Part shown: one piece after another, positions 1-10,607 of the stretch
Position numbering within the stretch: the first letter of the stretch is position 1
How the letters are laid out: every line of letters begins with the position of its first letter
From: an uncultured Gemmatimonadota bacterium
GTDB lineage: Bacteria > SM23-81 > DAOVCL01
NCBI GenBank assembly: GCA_964626665.1
Contig: CAZVGK010000005.1
Coordinates: forward strand, 1 to 59,968
Reading direction: 5' to 3'
Length of the DNA stretch: 59,968 nucleotides
Program-made: the position numbers and the translations under genes
The notes under the pieces: generated by a model
Databases searched by the model: none
What the model saw: only the letters and a program-made list of their open reading frames with translations
What the model was told of the DNA's origin: nothing

Positions 1-9
1 TCTTTGAAA

Positions 10-153
10 TTATACAGTTAACTCAAATTCAGAGGCAATTTTTAAACAGCCTCTTTTAGATACCCTTTTGTTTAGGAGGAAATCGATAAAGTCCTCGACC
101 TCCTTCTGTAAACTCTGGGGAAGTTGCCTCAATTTTGTTTCCACTGATCTCAT
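10..153 (-). CDS. DUF2281-like small protein (putative antitoxin), C-terminus possibly disrupted
   Basis: Hand translation MRSVETKLRQLPQSLQKEVEDFIDFLLNKRVSK...; LP..LQKEV.DFIDFL motif; GGAGA RBS upstream; too short for the ORF track. Confidence 0.6.
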   Translation of the reverse strand: MRSVETKLRQLPQSLQKEVEDFIDFLLNKRVSKRGCLKIASEFELTV

Positions 154-171
154 AGTTTTCTCCCATAGCTT

Positions 172-3100
172 TTACTGTTCTATCAGCACGCCCTTGCTGG
201 TTAGGTTCTTAAACGACACGACATACCTCACTACTTCGACCTTTTCCTCTGGCTCTAAATTCTCTGCCGGATTCTGGATGATATAGAGTTGTGGGACTTT
301 GGTGGCATTCATCACCGCATACAGGAAATAGTCTTCTTTAAACCTCCTTGCCTTAAACCACTCGTTGGGAGTTAAAGCCACCGGAGCCCTTTCGGCCCTT
401 GCTTTAACCTCGATGTAGCGGACATTGCCCTGCTTATCCCTTGAGCGGATTTCGAATCCCAGTTTTTCGGGGGATATATCTTCTGGTTCTCTTCCCTGTT
501 TTGTCTCATATACCATCGCCACCTGCATACCGATACGCTCTATCTCTTCGCTACTCTGCATCGCCTCCTCTATAGTCTCCTTCGGCTTAACCCTAATAAT
601 GCCAATAAAGCGGGGCATACTCATCGTGAGGCTTCCCTCCTTTTGTATCCCCTCTTTCAGTTCCTGCAATGCCCTTTCATACTCCACTTTTCTTGCTTCT
701 TTGTTTCTGATGGCCAGGTCAACATTCTCTCCCTGATCTTTTCGGCCATAGAGTGAAATGAGCTCACCGTCCAGTTTTATTATGAGATATTCCAGCGATT
801 TGACGCCATACTTACGCTTAATCTCGGCCTGTCGGTTACGCTCTTTTATAAGTTCTCTCCTGTATTCTTCAAGTTCTGAAATGACGCTATTAGATGTCCT
901 TTTTTTGAGTGACTCCACATCTGGCAGGATGTCTATCCCGCTTGTTGGGTGCAAGTGGGAAGCTTGCACTGGTTCTCCCTCTGCCAAATCCCAGATAATG
1001 TCAGGGGGAATTAGCCTTATCTCTTTACCATCTGTGTAAAAGCCAAAAAGCCTCTTTCCGGCAACATTACCCGTGCCATCTCTAACCTCGCCCTCGTAAA
1101 AAAGGATGTATCCATCCAGCATTCCATCGGGATCGGTAAAGCAAGCCCCATTTAGAAGGGAATCTGAAAAGTTGCTCTCTATCCAGCGCATTACAGCCTC
1201 GAAGAGGGGATGCCCAAAGGAGACGAATTCGACATCAGGGTTCTTAAAGGCGATTTCCTTATCAAAAGTCGCCTTTGGATACCTTTTTAGCAATTGGCCA
1301 TAAGATTTCTTGAAGTCATCCTGTTCAGCGATTTTTCGTATATCAAATGGAAGGGATTCTATAGATAGGAATCCATCTTTACGCTCTTTGAATTTTCCTC
1401 CTGCTTTAGTAAAGGCCTTTTTAAAAAAGCTTTCCGTATACTCTGGAATGAGTCGGTGTTCCCTGGCCTGTTGATCCATCTCCTTTATACGGGTGTAATC
1501 AATGTAACGGGTAGCGAGGCTCTCGCCCAGGTTTTCTTTAACTTTGGCAATATAATCTTCATCTACCTCGATATCAATGTCCTGGAGAATCTCATCGATG
1601 TTTCTGGCGTTGGCAGCAGCCTCCATTAGAAGCTGAGAGAGACTTTTGTTATATAACACTTCGCTTAACACATCAAAGACCTTGTCGCTTCCCAGTGCCT
1701 GCCTTATCTCCTCCAGTTTCTGGAACAATTTATTAAGGACTCTCCCTTCGCGGGTATCCTCTGCTACGAGGTTAAAAACATAGACCTCTTTCTGTTGACC
1801 ATAGCGGTGAATCCTCCCCATTCTCTGCTCAAGCCGGTTGGGATTCCAGGGGATGTCATAATTGACCATCAGATGGCAGAATTGCAGGTTGATACCCTCC
1901 CCGGCTGCTTCCGTGGCCACTAAGACCTGGGTCTCATTTTTGAATATTCCTTCTGCCTTTACTCTGTCTTCTAATCGCATTCCGCCGTGGATAGTATTGG
2001 TTATGTATCCCCAACCTCTGATCTTTTTCTCCAGATATTCCAGGGTATCTCTTGATTCGGTAAAGATGAGGATCTTCTTGTCTTTCTCCTCTGGGTATTT
2101 CTGCGTTAGCTCTTTCAAGGATTTCCTGAGTTCATTTAGTTTAATCTCCCTTTCTTCTCGAATGACGCTTTTTGCGCGGTCAATAAGCCCATCAATGGTC
2201 TTAATCTCCTTCTCCAGTTCCTCTCTGTTTTCAGCGACGCTCAGGGTCTCCCAGATCTCCTCCTCCCTCCATCTTTCTTCCTCGCTCAGGTCCTCAACTG
2301 CATCAAAATCAAAGGTGCCTTCTCCCACCTTACCCTTTTCCTGGACTCCTTTAAGCAAATCCTCGAGCCGCTTTTTCCTTCTTTCCAATGACCTAAGCAA
2401 AGCATAAGTGCTTGACGCTAAACGGCGCTGCAGAATCACTAAAGCAAAGGCAACATTTCGTCTCCTGTCTTTTGTCAGGGCCTTGTTATACTGTAGGTTA
2501 ACATATCTGGACAAGTCATTGTAAAGCTCTTTTTCCCTTGGTGAATCAGCTCCTAAATTGAAGGCAATCGTTTTTACATATCTGGGCAAAAATAACGGTT
2601 TACCCTGGAAATCCCTTAAATCCTCTTTGACTCGCCTGATAAATAAAGGATTATCCTTGCTTCGGATAGACTCTTGAAGCATCTCATTTGTGGCAAAGAA
2701 GCCCGGTTCAAGGAGATCCAGGAAGAGTCTGAAGTTTTCGGGGTCACCCTTATGTGGAGTTGCCGTGAGGAATAATAGATGTTCGGTTTTACGAGAGAGC
2801 ATTTCCCCCAACTTATAACGACCTGTTTTTTGGGTTTTGTCCCCGTAACGGTAGGCACTCATCTTGTGTGCCTCATCGACGATAATTAGATCAAAGTGTG
2901 TGGCAGAGAGAGATGGTAGAACATCATCTCTCTTGGCAAAATCAATGGAGGTGATGATTTGTTTTTCCCGTAGCCACACATTCTCACCATACAGGGCATC
3001 TAAAAGCCCTCTATCAATTAACATAAATTTTTCTTCAAATCTCTCGGCTAATTCCCTCCGCCACTGGTCCTTGAGGTGTCCAGGGGCCACAATCAAGATC

Positions 3101-3546
3101 CTCCTTGCCAGATTGCGGAGCTTCAACTCTTTGATGATCAACCCGGCCATAATCGTCTTTCCAGCCCCTGGGTCATCGGCAATCAAGAAACGGATTCTGG
3201 GAAGCTGTAAAATATAACCATAAACACCCTCAATCTGGTGAGGAAGTGGATCCACTTTTGAGGTATTCATTGCCAGTAAAGAGTCATAAAGAGAGGCAAA
3301 GCGATAACGCCTTGTCTCCAGCGCAAGGAACGCTTTCCAGGGCTCTTCCGAAAAGGTAGGTTCCACTTCTGCAACGGAAAGCTGGGTAAACTCCCTGCGA
3401 GGAATAATCTGGTCAATATGCTCTCTGGAGATGGTGGTAGCCCCAACGATGTGCACATAATCCCCCATATCCTCGATGAGTTTGATTTCAACCGGCTCTG
3501 GCCAGTTGAAGCCTTTGATGATGTTTCCTGGTCTGATACTTTCCGT
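172..3546 (-). CDS. SNF2-family helicase with C-terminal DUF3883-like (PD-(D/E)xK) domain
   Basis: LIADDPGAGKT, DEAH, LTATPH, TEAAGEGINLQ and QRMGRIHRYGQ motifs; C-terminal IEVKAR...LTPNEW. Frame is open 26 codons upstream of the track start (3468) to an ACG at 3546. Confidence 0.88.
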   Translation of the reverse strand, partial: TESIRPGNIIKGFNWPEPVEIKLIEDMGDYVHIVGATTISREHIDQIIPRREFTQLSVAEVEPTFSEEPWKAFLALETRRYRFASLYDSLLAMNTSKVDPLPHQIEGVYGYILQLPRIRFLIADDPGAGKTIMAGLIIKELKLRNLARRILIVAPGHLKDQWRRELAERFEEKFMLIDRGLLDALYGENVWLREKQIITSIDFAKRDDVLPSLSATHFDLIIVDEAHKMSAYRYGDKTQKTGRYKLGEMLSRKTEHLLFLTATPHKGDPENFRLFLDLLEPGFFATNEMLQESIRSKDNPLFIRRVKEDLRDFQGKPLFLPRYVKTIAFNLGADSPREKELYNDLSRYVNLQYNKALTKDRRRNVAFALVILQRRLASSTYALLRSLERRKKRLEDLLKGVQEKGKVGEGTFDFDAVEDLSEEERWREEEIWETLSVAENREELEKEIKTIDGLIDRAKSVIREEREIKLNELRKSLKELTQKYPEEKDKKILIFTESRDTLEYLEKKIRGWGYITNTIHGGMRLEDRVKAEGIFKNETQVLVATEAAGEGINLQFCHLMVNYDIPWNPNRLEQRMGRIHRYGQQKEVYVFNLVAEDTREGRVLNKLFQKLEEIRQALGSDKVFDVLSEVLYNKSLSQLLMEAAANARNIDEILQDIDIEVDEDYIAKVKENLGESLATRYIDYTRIKEMDQQAREHRLIPEYTESFFKKAFTKAGGKFKERKDGFLSIESLPFDIRKIAEQDDFKKSYGQLLKRYPKATFDKEIAFKNPDVEFVSFGHPLFEAVMRWIESNFSDSLLNGACFTDPDGMLDGYILFYEGEVRDGTGNVAGKRLFGFYTDGKEIRLIPPDIIWDLAEGEPVQASHLHPTSGIDILPDVESLKKRTSNSVISELEEYRRELIKERNRQAEIKRKYGVKSLEYLIIKLDGELISLYGRKDQGENVDLAIRNKEARKVEYERALQELKEGIQKEGSLTMSMPRFIGIIRVKPKETIEEAMQSSEEIERIGMQVAMVYETKQGREPEDISPEKLGFEIRSRDKQGNVRYIEVKARAERAPVALTPNEWFKARRFKEDYFLYAVMNATKVPQLYIIQNPAENLEPEEKVEVVRYVVSFKNLTSKGVLIEQ

Positions 3547-3796
3547 TTTAAAGCCTTATCTACGGTTTTGGTCTAACGAGGCAATGGTCAACAGAGTTCA
3601 CTTTTGTCTAAAAGTCACTTTCCTGGTAAGTAATTCTAAGATGCAGTGCCTACAAGGACATCGAAATGAATATAAATAAATTTCTTACCAAAACAAGCTT
3701 AATTGATAGATCAATGGATTGACCCATCTGAGAAATAGGTCAATCGGAGGAGGTCGTTTGGTGCATATAGCAAGAATACACATAGAAGACCAAAAA

Positions 3797-4237
3797 TCAA
3801 GACCTGTTCATAGCAGTGGGTAGGCCATTTATGGTTATTCTCCTTTTGCCTGGGGCCAGTCTTTTAAGCTGAATCTCAATGCTGGTAGAAGGGAGAAGCT
3901 CTCTGATTTTCTCCGCCCATTCTATGAGGGCAATGCCCCGGCCATAGAGGTAATCCTCATAGCCAATTCCCTCCAGATTCTGTCCCCCCCTTATCCGGAA
4001 GAGATCGAGATGATAAACCGGAACTCTCCCCTGATAGATGTTTACTAATACAAAGGTGGGAGAGGTTACATATCTTTTTACCCCCAATCCCTTGCAGATC
4101 CCCTGGATAAGGGTTGTCTTGCCACTTCCCAACTCTCCTATGAGGGAGATGACATCCCCCTCCTTCAAGCTCCCGCTTATCTTTTTCCCTAAGCTGATTG
4201 TCTCCTCGGGAGATTTGGTGATGATGGTTGCTCTCAT
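3797..4237 (-). CDS. tsaE: tRNA threonylcarbamoyladenosine biosynthesis ATPase
   Basis: GELGSGKTT, VTSPTF, HLDLFR, IEWAE. Confidence 0.95.
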   Translation of the reverse strand: MRATIITKSPEETISLGKKISGSLKEGDVISLIGELGSGKTTLIQGICKGLGVKRYVTSPTFVLVNIYQGRVPVYHLDLFRIRGGQNLEGIGYEDYLYGRGIALIEWAEKIRELLPSTSIEIQLKRLAPGKRRITINGLPTAMNRS

Positions 4238-4246
4238 TGGAGGAAA

Positions 4247-5122
4247 TCAGGAGAGGATAAGCTTGAGGTAGTAGTATTCCAGGGGGGCGATAAAGAGGAG
4301 GCTGTCAAACCTGTCCAACACCCCTCCATGCCCGGGGACGAGCGATGAGGCATCCTTTATCCTGGAATCCCTTTTCATAAGTGACTCGAGCACATCCCCT
4401 ACCTGGCCTCCCACTCCGGCGATTCCCCCGACAACTAGGTAGTGGTTCAAGGGAAGGGAAGGGAGAAAAGGATGGAGGGGAGAGGAGAGAAACCACAAAA
4501 GCAGAGAGGCAAAAATCCCTCCCAGAAGCCCTCCAATTGTTCCCTCCCAGGTTTTGTTCGGGCTAATATGAGGGGTGATCTTGTGGCTTCCCCAGGCCAG
4601 GCCGGAGAAGTAGGCCCCGGTATCCACGCTCCAGATCACCAGGAAGATGAGGATAAGAGCACTCCCTCCCCAATGGTGAACCTCGGGATTTAACTCCCCT
4701 ATGGAGAGAAGGTAGGTTGCCAACCATCCTAAATAGAATATACCCAAAAGTGAAGCGGAGATCCTATATAGGGCTCCCTTCACCCCGCGGAAGAGCTCGA
4801 ATACCAGCAAAGCCAAGAAAAGAATGGTGAAAAGTGAGGATGAGCTTATGCCGGGGCCCAAAAAGGAGTTCCATCCGAAGGAGAGGGAGAGGATGACCAC
4901 TAGAGCTCTATTGATCCCAATTCCCTTGGCCTCCCACATCCGGCGAAACTCTAAAAGGCCAAAGAGGATGATCAGGTCAACAAGGATGAGAAGCCAAATT
5001 CCCCCTAAATAGCAGAGGAGAAGCAGAAAGGGGCCAAGGGTAAAGGCTACCCCCACCCTTTGCTCAATCTTTGTAAATCTCAGCTTGGCCTTGAGGGTAG
5101 TCCTATTGGCTGACGGCTCCAA
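4247..5122 (-). CDS. cdsA: Phosphatidate cytidylyltransferase
   Basis: SPNKTWEG, GDVLESLMKR, PGHGGVLDRFDS; follows uppS. Confidence 0.95.
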   Translation of the reverse strand: MEPSANRTTLKAKLRFTKIEQRVGVAFTLGPFLLLLCYLGGIWLLILVDLIILFGLLEFRRMWEAKGIGINRALVVILSLSFGWNSFLGPGISSSSLFTILFLALLVFELFRGVKGALYRISASLLGIFYLGWLATYLLSIGELNPEVHHWGGSALILIFLVIWSVDTGAYFSGLAWGSHKITPHISPNKTWEGTIGGLLGGIFASLLLWFLSSPLHPFLPSLPLNHYLVVGGIAGVGGQVGDVLESLMKRDSRIKDASSLVPGHGGVLDRFDSLLFIAPLEYYYLKLILS

Positions 5123-5846
5123 ATCTCCTCTCCCTTTCCTGATAGTTCAAGATGGCCTCGTAAAGTTCCCTTCTCCCGAAATCGGGCCAGAGCATCTCGG
5201 TAATGTAAAGCTCGGCATAGGCTATCTGCCAGAGAAGGAAATTACTTAGCCTCTGTTCTCCGCTGGTTCTGATCAAAAGATCGGGGTCGGGATAGGGAGC
5301 GGTATAGAGATACTGGGAGAGCAGTTCTGGCTGGATCCGCTCAATGGTTAGCCTGCCATCCTTGACCTCTTGGGCGATCATCTTCACCCCATCTGTTATC
5401 TCAATACGGGAACCGTAGTTAAGGGCTAAAATAAGGGTTAAGCCACTGTTTTTTGCTGTGAGGTCAATCCCCTCCCGCAGGACTCTTTGGGCCGGCTCGG
5501 GGAGCTCCGCGAACCTCCCAATGGTGGTCAACCGCACATTATTCTTATGCAAATCCGCGATCTCCTTCCTCGCCGTTTCCGCAAGAAGACCCATCAGGAA
5601 TCCAACCTCCTCCTTGGGACGGCGCCAGTTCTCGGAGGAGAAGACATAGAGGGTGAGATACTTGATTCCAATTTCTCCAGCAGCCTCTACTACCCTCCTT
5701 ACCGCCCTGACCCCCTCCCGGTGGCCGGCCCTGCGGGGGAGGCTTCTCCTTTTGGCCCAGCGGCCATTTCCGTCCATAATTATGGCTATATGCCGGGGAA
5801 GGTTGCCTGCGGCTAATATCTTCTCCTTTAACTCTTCGACTTCCAT
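5103..5846 (-). CDS. uppS: Undecaprenyl diphosphate synthase
   Basis: HIAIIMDGNGRWA, FSSENWRRP, DLLIRTSGEQRLSNFLLWQ. Confidence 0.97.
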   Translation of the reverse strand: MEVEELKEKILAAGNLPRHIAIIMDGNGRWAKRRSLPRRAGHREGVRAVRRVVEAAGEIGIKYLTLYVFSSENWRRPKEEVGFLMGLLAETARKEIADLHKNNVRLTTIGRFAELPEPAQRVLREGIDLTAKNSGLTLILALNYGSRIEITDGVKMIAQEVKDGRLTIERIQPELLSQYLYTAPYPDPDLLIRTSGEQRLSNFLLWQIAYAELYITEMLWPDFGRRELYEAILNYQERERRFGAVSQ

Positions 5847-5890
5847 CTATTTTCCTGGCTGAGCAGAGTGAGTTACTACGGGGCCACTAA

Positions 5891-6005
5891 CATGTCATTG
5901 CGAGTGCAGCGAAGCAATCTCCAAGGGATTGCTTCATCCCGATTTCATCGGGATTCGCAACGACTTCGTCGGTTTGCTTCGTCGCTTCCGCTCCTCGCAA
6001 TAACA
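5891..6005. repeat. REP-like nested palindromic element
   Basis: gtcattgcgag...gaagcaatc...gattgcttc...ctcgcaataac with inner atcccgat/atcgggat inverted repeat. Confidence 0.7.
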
Positions 6006-6118
6006 CTTAAAAGGCCAATGTGCAAACTATAATATGGTTTGAGTAATAATTGGGCTTTGTAAAATCGTACTTGCTACAGTTGTCACTGACCAATACGTTC
6101 CTGGGGCTCCCACAGTTT

Positions 6119-6697
6119 TTATTTGATGATGCTTTTCAGTTCTCGGTTGATCTTATTCAGATCAAATGCCTCTGGAACAAAATCATCACCAAGCCATTCC
6201 CTGAGCTCATCATGTTCTTTATCGTTGGGGTTCTGAACGGCCTCCAGCACATCGTAATAACCCCAGATTCCACCACAATCCTCGGGAGGACAAGCGTTTT
6301 TCCCTTTAATACAGACTGGGTAGTGAACGCCAACTTCCGGTGGCAGGATCTTTTCAATAAGAACCTCGTGCCTCCAATCATCACCAAAATCATAAACATA
6401 GGTGAACTTGGTCTTCTCCCCAGCAACAACCTGGCTCAACTTTACCCTTTTGGCGTCCTTCACCTCCAGCCCAAACCCCAAATCGTCCTCAAGCTCACCA
6501 TAATGGGTTTCACCGATGACAAACTCATAGAGATGGTCACTCTCCCAGCCCATAACCACCTGCAGGATTTGGTGGAGTTTATAAAGCGTAGTATTGCCTT
6601 TAACCTGAAATCTCCTCCAGATCCGCGGCTCACTATCCTTGAGGGTCACCTTGATCTGATAGATCGGGTCCTTTGTGGCCTGCTTTGACGATGTCAT
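6119..6697 (-). CDS. Plasmid pRiA4b ORF-3 family protein
   Basis: IYQIKVTL..PRIWRR, GWESDHLYEF, YVYDFGDDWRH, ACPPEDCGGIWGY. Confidence 0.9.
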   Translation of the reverse strand: MTSSKQATKDPIYQIKVTLKDSEPRIWRRFQVKGNTTLYKLHQILQVVMGWESDHLYEFVIGETHYGELEDDLGFGLEVKDAKRVKLSQVVAGEKTKFTYVYDFGDDWRHEVLIEKILPPEVGVHYPVCIKGKNACPPEDCGGIWGYYDVLEAVQNPNDKEHDELREWLGDDFVPEAFDLNKINRELKSIIK

Positions 6698-7313
6698 TGC
6701 GTATCCTCCTTGTTTTCATCTCCAAATTTCCCCTTCCACCCTTTGTGTGGATTATCATCCACGGTGAGCCGGGATGTGGGAGACATCTCCTGATGTCGAT
6801 AGTCGAGGTCTGGAGACCTCTCCCACAATTTCTACAAAAAGACTTCCTCCATCAGGGCAGAATCTCCGACAGCACATTACAACAAATGGCGGAATCATTC
6901 GGTCAATTCTCTCTTTTAATAGGAGTAAGAGCTGTCAATCTGCCCCTTCAGGCTCAACCCGATGAAAGGTTCCACTTGTCTTCCCAAAGGCATTACCCCA
7001 AGGGAGCCCACCCAGAGGAACGCATACAATGCTGTCCCCCGGGGAATAGCCAAGAGGAGCATAAGATAATTTCAGTGAATCACTCCAGATCTCAAACATG
7101 TATTGCTGATAAAGGCTAAATTTTCATTTTAGATTTCTTCCATATAGATTCTGGGGGTGGTATATCTCAGTTTTTTGGGGATCTGACGATGCGTCAGAAT
7201 ATACTGGAATAAGGGTTGTTGAAGGATGTTGCTTACATATTTGTAGGGAATTGGGGAAGTTCCAAAATGTTTCAAGTTTGAAGTTCTTCTGCAGATCAGG
7301 GGAGGTTAAATCA

Positions 7314-7871
7314 TTATTCCTCCATTATCTCCTTTTCCTTCAGCCTAATAAGCTCATCTATCCGCTCAACATATTTATCGGTGAGTTCCTGCACTTTCTC
7401 CTGCTTTCTGCGGCTGTCATCCTCCGGTAGCTCCCCCTCCTTCTCCGCCTTCTTTAGGGATTCATTGGCTTCCCGGCGGGCATTTCTGATTGCTATCTTT
7501 CCTTCTTCGGCCAATCTCTTGACCACCTTCACTAAATTTACCCTTCTCTCCTCGGTCAAGGAGGGGATGGGCAGCCAGATTACCGTCCCATCGTTTGAGG
7601 GGGTGAGCCCCAAGTCGGACTTGAGGATGGCCTTCTCTATAACCGGTATGATGCTCTTGTCCCAGGGCTGAATGGCAATGCTGCGGGGGTCGGGGACGCT
7701 TAGGCTAGCCACTTGAGTGAGGGGGACTGTAGATTGGTAGTATTCAACGGTTATTCCATCTAAGAGGTTGGTGGTGGCCTTGCCAGTCCTGATGTGGGCT
7801 AGTTCCCTTTGCGTGGCCTCTACCGCATTCTTCATCTTCACTTCAGTCTGAGCTAAAACCTCATCCTCCAT
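7314..7871 (-). CDS. frr: Ribosome recycling factor
   Basis: IRTGKA, IQPWDKS, SDLGLTP, IRNARR; follows pyrH. Confidence 0.97.
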   Translation of the reverse strand: MEDEVLAQTEVKMKNAVEATQRELAHIRTGKATTNLLDGITVEYYQSTVPLTQVASLSVPDPRSIAIQPWDKSIIPVIEKAILKSDLGLTPSNDGTVIWLPIPSLTEERRVNLVKVVKRLAEEGKIAIRNARREANESLKKAEKEGELPEDDSRRKQEKVQELTDKYVERIDELIRLKEKEIMEE

Positions 7872-8609
7872 TTAATCCTCCTTTCCCTCGTGGTTTACCT
7901 TGGTCCCTACGCCTTTCCCCCATACTATTCTCTTAAAATCCCCCTTTTGGTTCAGGTTAAAGACGATTATGGGTAGATGATTATCCATACAGAGGGAAAC
8001 GGCAGTGCTATCCATAACCTTTATCCCCTCTTTGAGGAAGTCGATATAGGAAAGCGATTTGTACCTGGAGGCGTCCTTGTTTTGGTGGGGGTCTGAAGTG
8101 TAGATACCGTCCACCTTTGTCCCTTTGAGGAGTACTTCAGCCTGTATTTCAATGGCCCTCAAAGCAGCGGCGGTATCTGTAGTAAAGTAAGGGTTTCCCG
8201 TTCCCCCGGAGAAGATAACTACTCTCCCCTTCTCCAAGTGACGTAAGGCCCTTCTTCTTATGTAGGGTTCGGCCACCTGTTCGATCCTTATGGCGGTCAT
8301 TACCCTCGTGGGAAGGCCTTCTTTCTCTAAGGAATCTTGGAGGGCCAAGGCATTTACCACGGTGGCTAACATACCCATATAATCGGCTGAGACTCTGTCT
8401 ATGCCCTTATCGCTGGCTGAGACCCCCCGAAATATGTTGCCCCCCCCAATTACCACTCCGATGCTTACTCCAAGTTCCGTTACTTCCTTTATCTGCTTGG
8501 CTATTTGAGAGGTGGCCGCCAGGTCAATCCCATACCTCCTCTTTCCCTTTAGTACCTCTCCACTGACCTTTAAAAGGACCCTTTTGTAGACCGGAGCGTG
8601 GGGGGGCAT
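7872..8609 (-). CDS. pyrH: UMP kinase
   Basis: [32 protein letters not shown]. Confidence 0.97.
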   Translation of the reverse strand: MPPHAPVYKRVLLKVSGEVLKGKRRYGIDLAATSQIAKQIKEVTELGVSIGVVIGGGNIFRGVSASDKGIDRVSADYMGMLATVVNALALQDSLEKEGLPTRVMTAIRIEQVAEPYIRRRALRHLEKGRVVIFSGGTGNPYFTTDTAAALRAIEIQAEVLLKGTKVDGIYTSDPHQNKDASRYKSLSYIDFLKEGIKVMDSTAVSLCMDNHLPIIVFNLNQKGDFKRIVWGKGVGTKVNHEGKED

Positions 8610-8611
8610 TT

Positions 8612-9205
8612 CTATTCGCCCAACCTAAAGCGAGCGAACCTCCCTATAGAGATGTTTTCCCCTAACTTGGCAATAGATTCATCAAGCAAGTCTTGCACCT
8701 TTTTATCCTCATCCTTGATATAGGGCTGTTCTAAGAGGCAAACTTCTTGGTGAAATTTCTCTAGCTTGCCATTAACTATCCTCTCGATAATCTCCTCTTT
8801 CTTTCCCTCGTTCAGGGCTTGATTCCGATAAATCTCCTTCTCCTTGTCCACGGCTTCCGGCGCAAGATCCTCCCTTTTGAGGACCAGGGGATTGGAGGCG
8901 GCAATCTGCATAGCCAACTCCTTGACCAGGTTCTGGAACTCCTGAGTTCTGGCCACGAAATCGGTCTCACAGTTCACCTCCACCAAGACCCCCAATTTGC
9001 TACCCGGATGGATATAGGCCCCCACCATCCCATCTTTTGTCGCCCTTCCCGCTTTCTGAGCTGCCTTGGCCTTCCCCTTTTCCCGCAAATAGGAAATGGC
9101 CTTTTCCATATCCCCTTCCGCCTTGGTCAGGGCTTCCTTGCAGTCCATAACCCCTGCCGATGTTCTTTCCCGCAGGGTTCTTACCATATCCGCTGTGATG
9201 TTCAT
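8612..9205 (-). CDS. tsf: Elongation factor Ts (short form)
   Basis: [26 protein letters not shown]. Confidence 0.97.
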   Translation of the reverse strand: MNITADMVRTLRERTSAGVMDCKEALTKAEGDMEKAISYLREKGKAKAAQKAGRATKDGMVGAYIHPGSKLGVLVEVNCETDFVARTQEFQNLVKELAMQIAASNPLVLKREDLAPEAVDKEKEIYRNQALNEGKKEEIIERIVNGKLEKFHQEVCLLEQPYIKDEDKKVQDLLDESIAKLGENISIGRFARFRLGE

Positions 9206-9939
9206 CCGGCCTCCTTCTGTTGGGAGGCAACTTTCTCTGGTTCAATCATTGAGGAGGCCCTGTCCTTGGCCTCTATTACGGTGTCAGCGATCATTTTCGT
9301 GATCAACTGGATGGACTTTAGGGCGTCGTCATTTCCGGGGATGGGATAGTTGACCGGATCGGGGTCCGTGTTTGTATCTACTATGGCGACAACTGGTAGG
9401 CCCAACTTGTTTGCCTCCGCCACAGCGATCCTCTCTTTCTTAGCATCGACCACATACAAAAGGCTGGGTAGCTTATACATCCCCTTGATTCCCCCTAAGT
9501 ACCGTTCCAACTTCTCCTTTTTTCTCTCCAGCCTGAGGACCTCCTTTTTAGTCAACTTATCGTAGGTCCCATCCTCACTCATCTTCTCCAGATTTAGCAA
9601 CCTGTCAATGCTTTTCTTTATGGTCTCGAAGTTGGTCAAAGTTCCGCCCAACCACCTCTCCACCATATAGAACATCCCACACCTCTGGGTCTCCCGGCTG
9701 ACGATCTCCTGGGCCTGCTTTTTGGTTCCCACAAAGAGAACTGAATCCCCTTCAGTTACCGTTTCATATACCTTCTGGCGGGCATCCTTTAGGCATTGCA
9801 GGGTCTTCAAAAGGTCGATTATGTAAATGCCGTTCTTGGAAGTGAAGATGTACTTCCTCATCTTTGGATTCCATCTCTGCGTTTGATGGCCAAAATGGAC
9901 TCCGGCAATGAGAAGCTCTCTTATTTCCGGTTCAACCAT
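9202..9939 (-). CDS. rpsB: 30S ribosomal protein S2
   Basis: AGVHFGHQ..RWNPKM, RWLGGTLTN, PIPGNDDA. Confidence 0.98.
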   Translation of the reverse strand: MVEPEIRELLIAGVHFGHQTQRWNPKMRKYIFTSKNGIYIIDLLKTLQCLKDARQKVYETVTEGDSVLFVGTKKQAQEIVSRETQRCGMFYMVERWLGGTLTNFETIKKSIDRLLNLEKMSEDGTYDKLTKKEVLRLERKKEKLERYLGGIKGMYKLPSLLYVVDAKKERIAVAEANKLGLPVVAIVDTNTDPDPVNYPIPGNDDALKSIQLITKMIADTVIEAKDRASSMIEPEKVASQQKEAG

Positions 9940-10048
9940 TTACTCCTCCATTCTACTTGGGTTTACCCTTTGCCCTCATCATCTCCAAAACAGACTGGAG
10001 GAGCTCCTCCAGACCCCTGTTTGGATCAGAGGACATGCGAATTTGATC

Positions 10049-10444
10049 TTACCTCTTGGAGAATTGGTATCTCTTCCTGGCTTTGGCCAGCCCGTATTTT
10101 TTCCGCTCTTTTATCCGGGGATCCCTGGTTAATAGCCCTTCCCGCCGCAAGATGTGTCTGTACTCCTCATTTGCCTTGACCAAGGCCCGGGCGATGGCCA
10201 ACTTTAGGGCACCAGCCTGGCCAGATGTACCTCCTCCCTTAACCTTTCCTTGGAAGTCAAACGCTCGTATGGTGTTAGTAACCTCTAAGGGGCGCTGAAT
10301 TTGCCCCACCAGAGTGTCCCTGCCAAAGTACTCTAAGGGGGATTTATCGTTTACTACAATCTCGCCCTTGCCTGGTTGCATCCAGAGCTTGGCCTGGCTC
10401 TCCTTCCTTTTTCCCGTCGCGTATATCCGCTCTTTAACTACCAA
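10049..10444 (-). CDS. rpsI: 30S ribosomal protein S9
   Basis: TGKRK, GGGTSGQAGA, LTRDPRIKERKKYGL...QFSKR. Confidence 0.98.
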   Translation of the reverse strand: MVVKERIYATGKRKESQAKLWMQPGKGEIVVNDKSPLEYFGRDTLVGQIQRPLEVTNTIRAFDFQGKVKGGGTSGQAGALKLAIARALVKANEEYRHILRREGLLTRDPRIKERKKYGLAKARKRYQFSKR

Positions 10445-10607
10445 TTTCCCTCCCTCTAAGTTTGAGTTAACTTACCCTCCACAACCGTGAGAATTGTCCT
10501 AAATTATGAATGGGAAAATCCCAAATTCCCATGATTGAATCTCTAATTCCTCGGCCAAGAGCTTGCTGCTCAAGGCAACTTTGCCCCAGGCCCTTTTGCA
10601 CATCCGG

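Noticed and set aside
6673-7119. 148-aa ORF, and the many antisense or overlapping ORFs in the track
   Set aside because: No RBS or motif; most are shadows of well-supported genes on the other strand
9940-10048. rpsB leader RNA
   Set aside because: Hairpins are present (ctggaggag/ctcctccag), but I could not match a known motif with confidence
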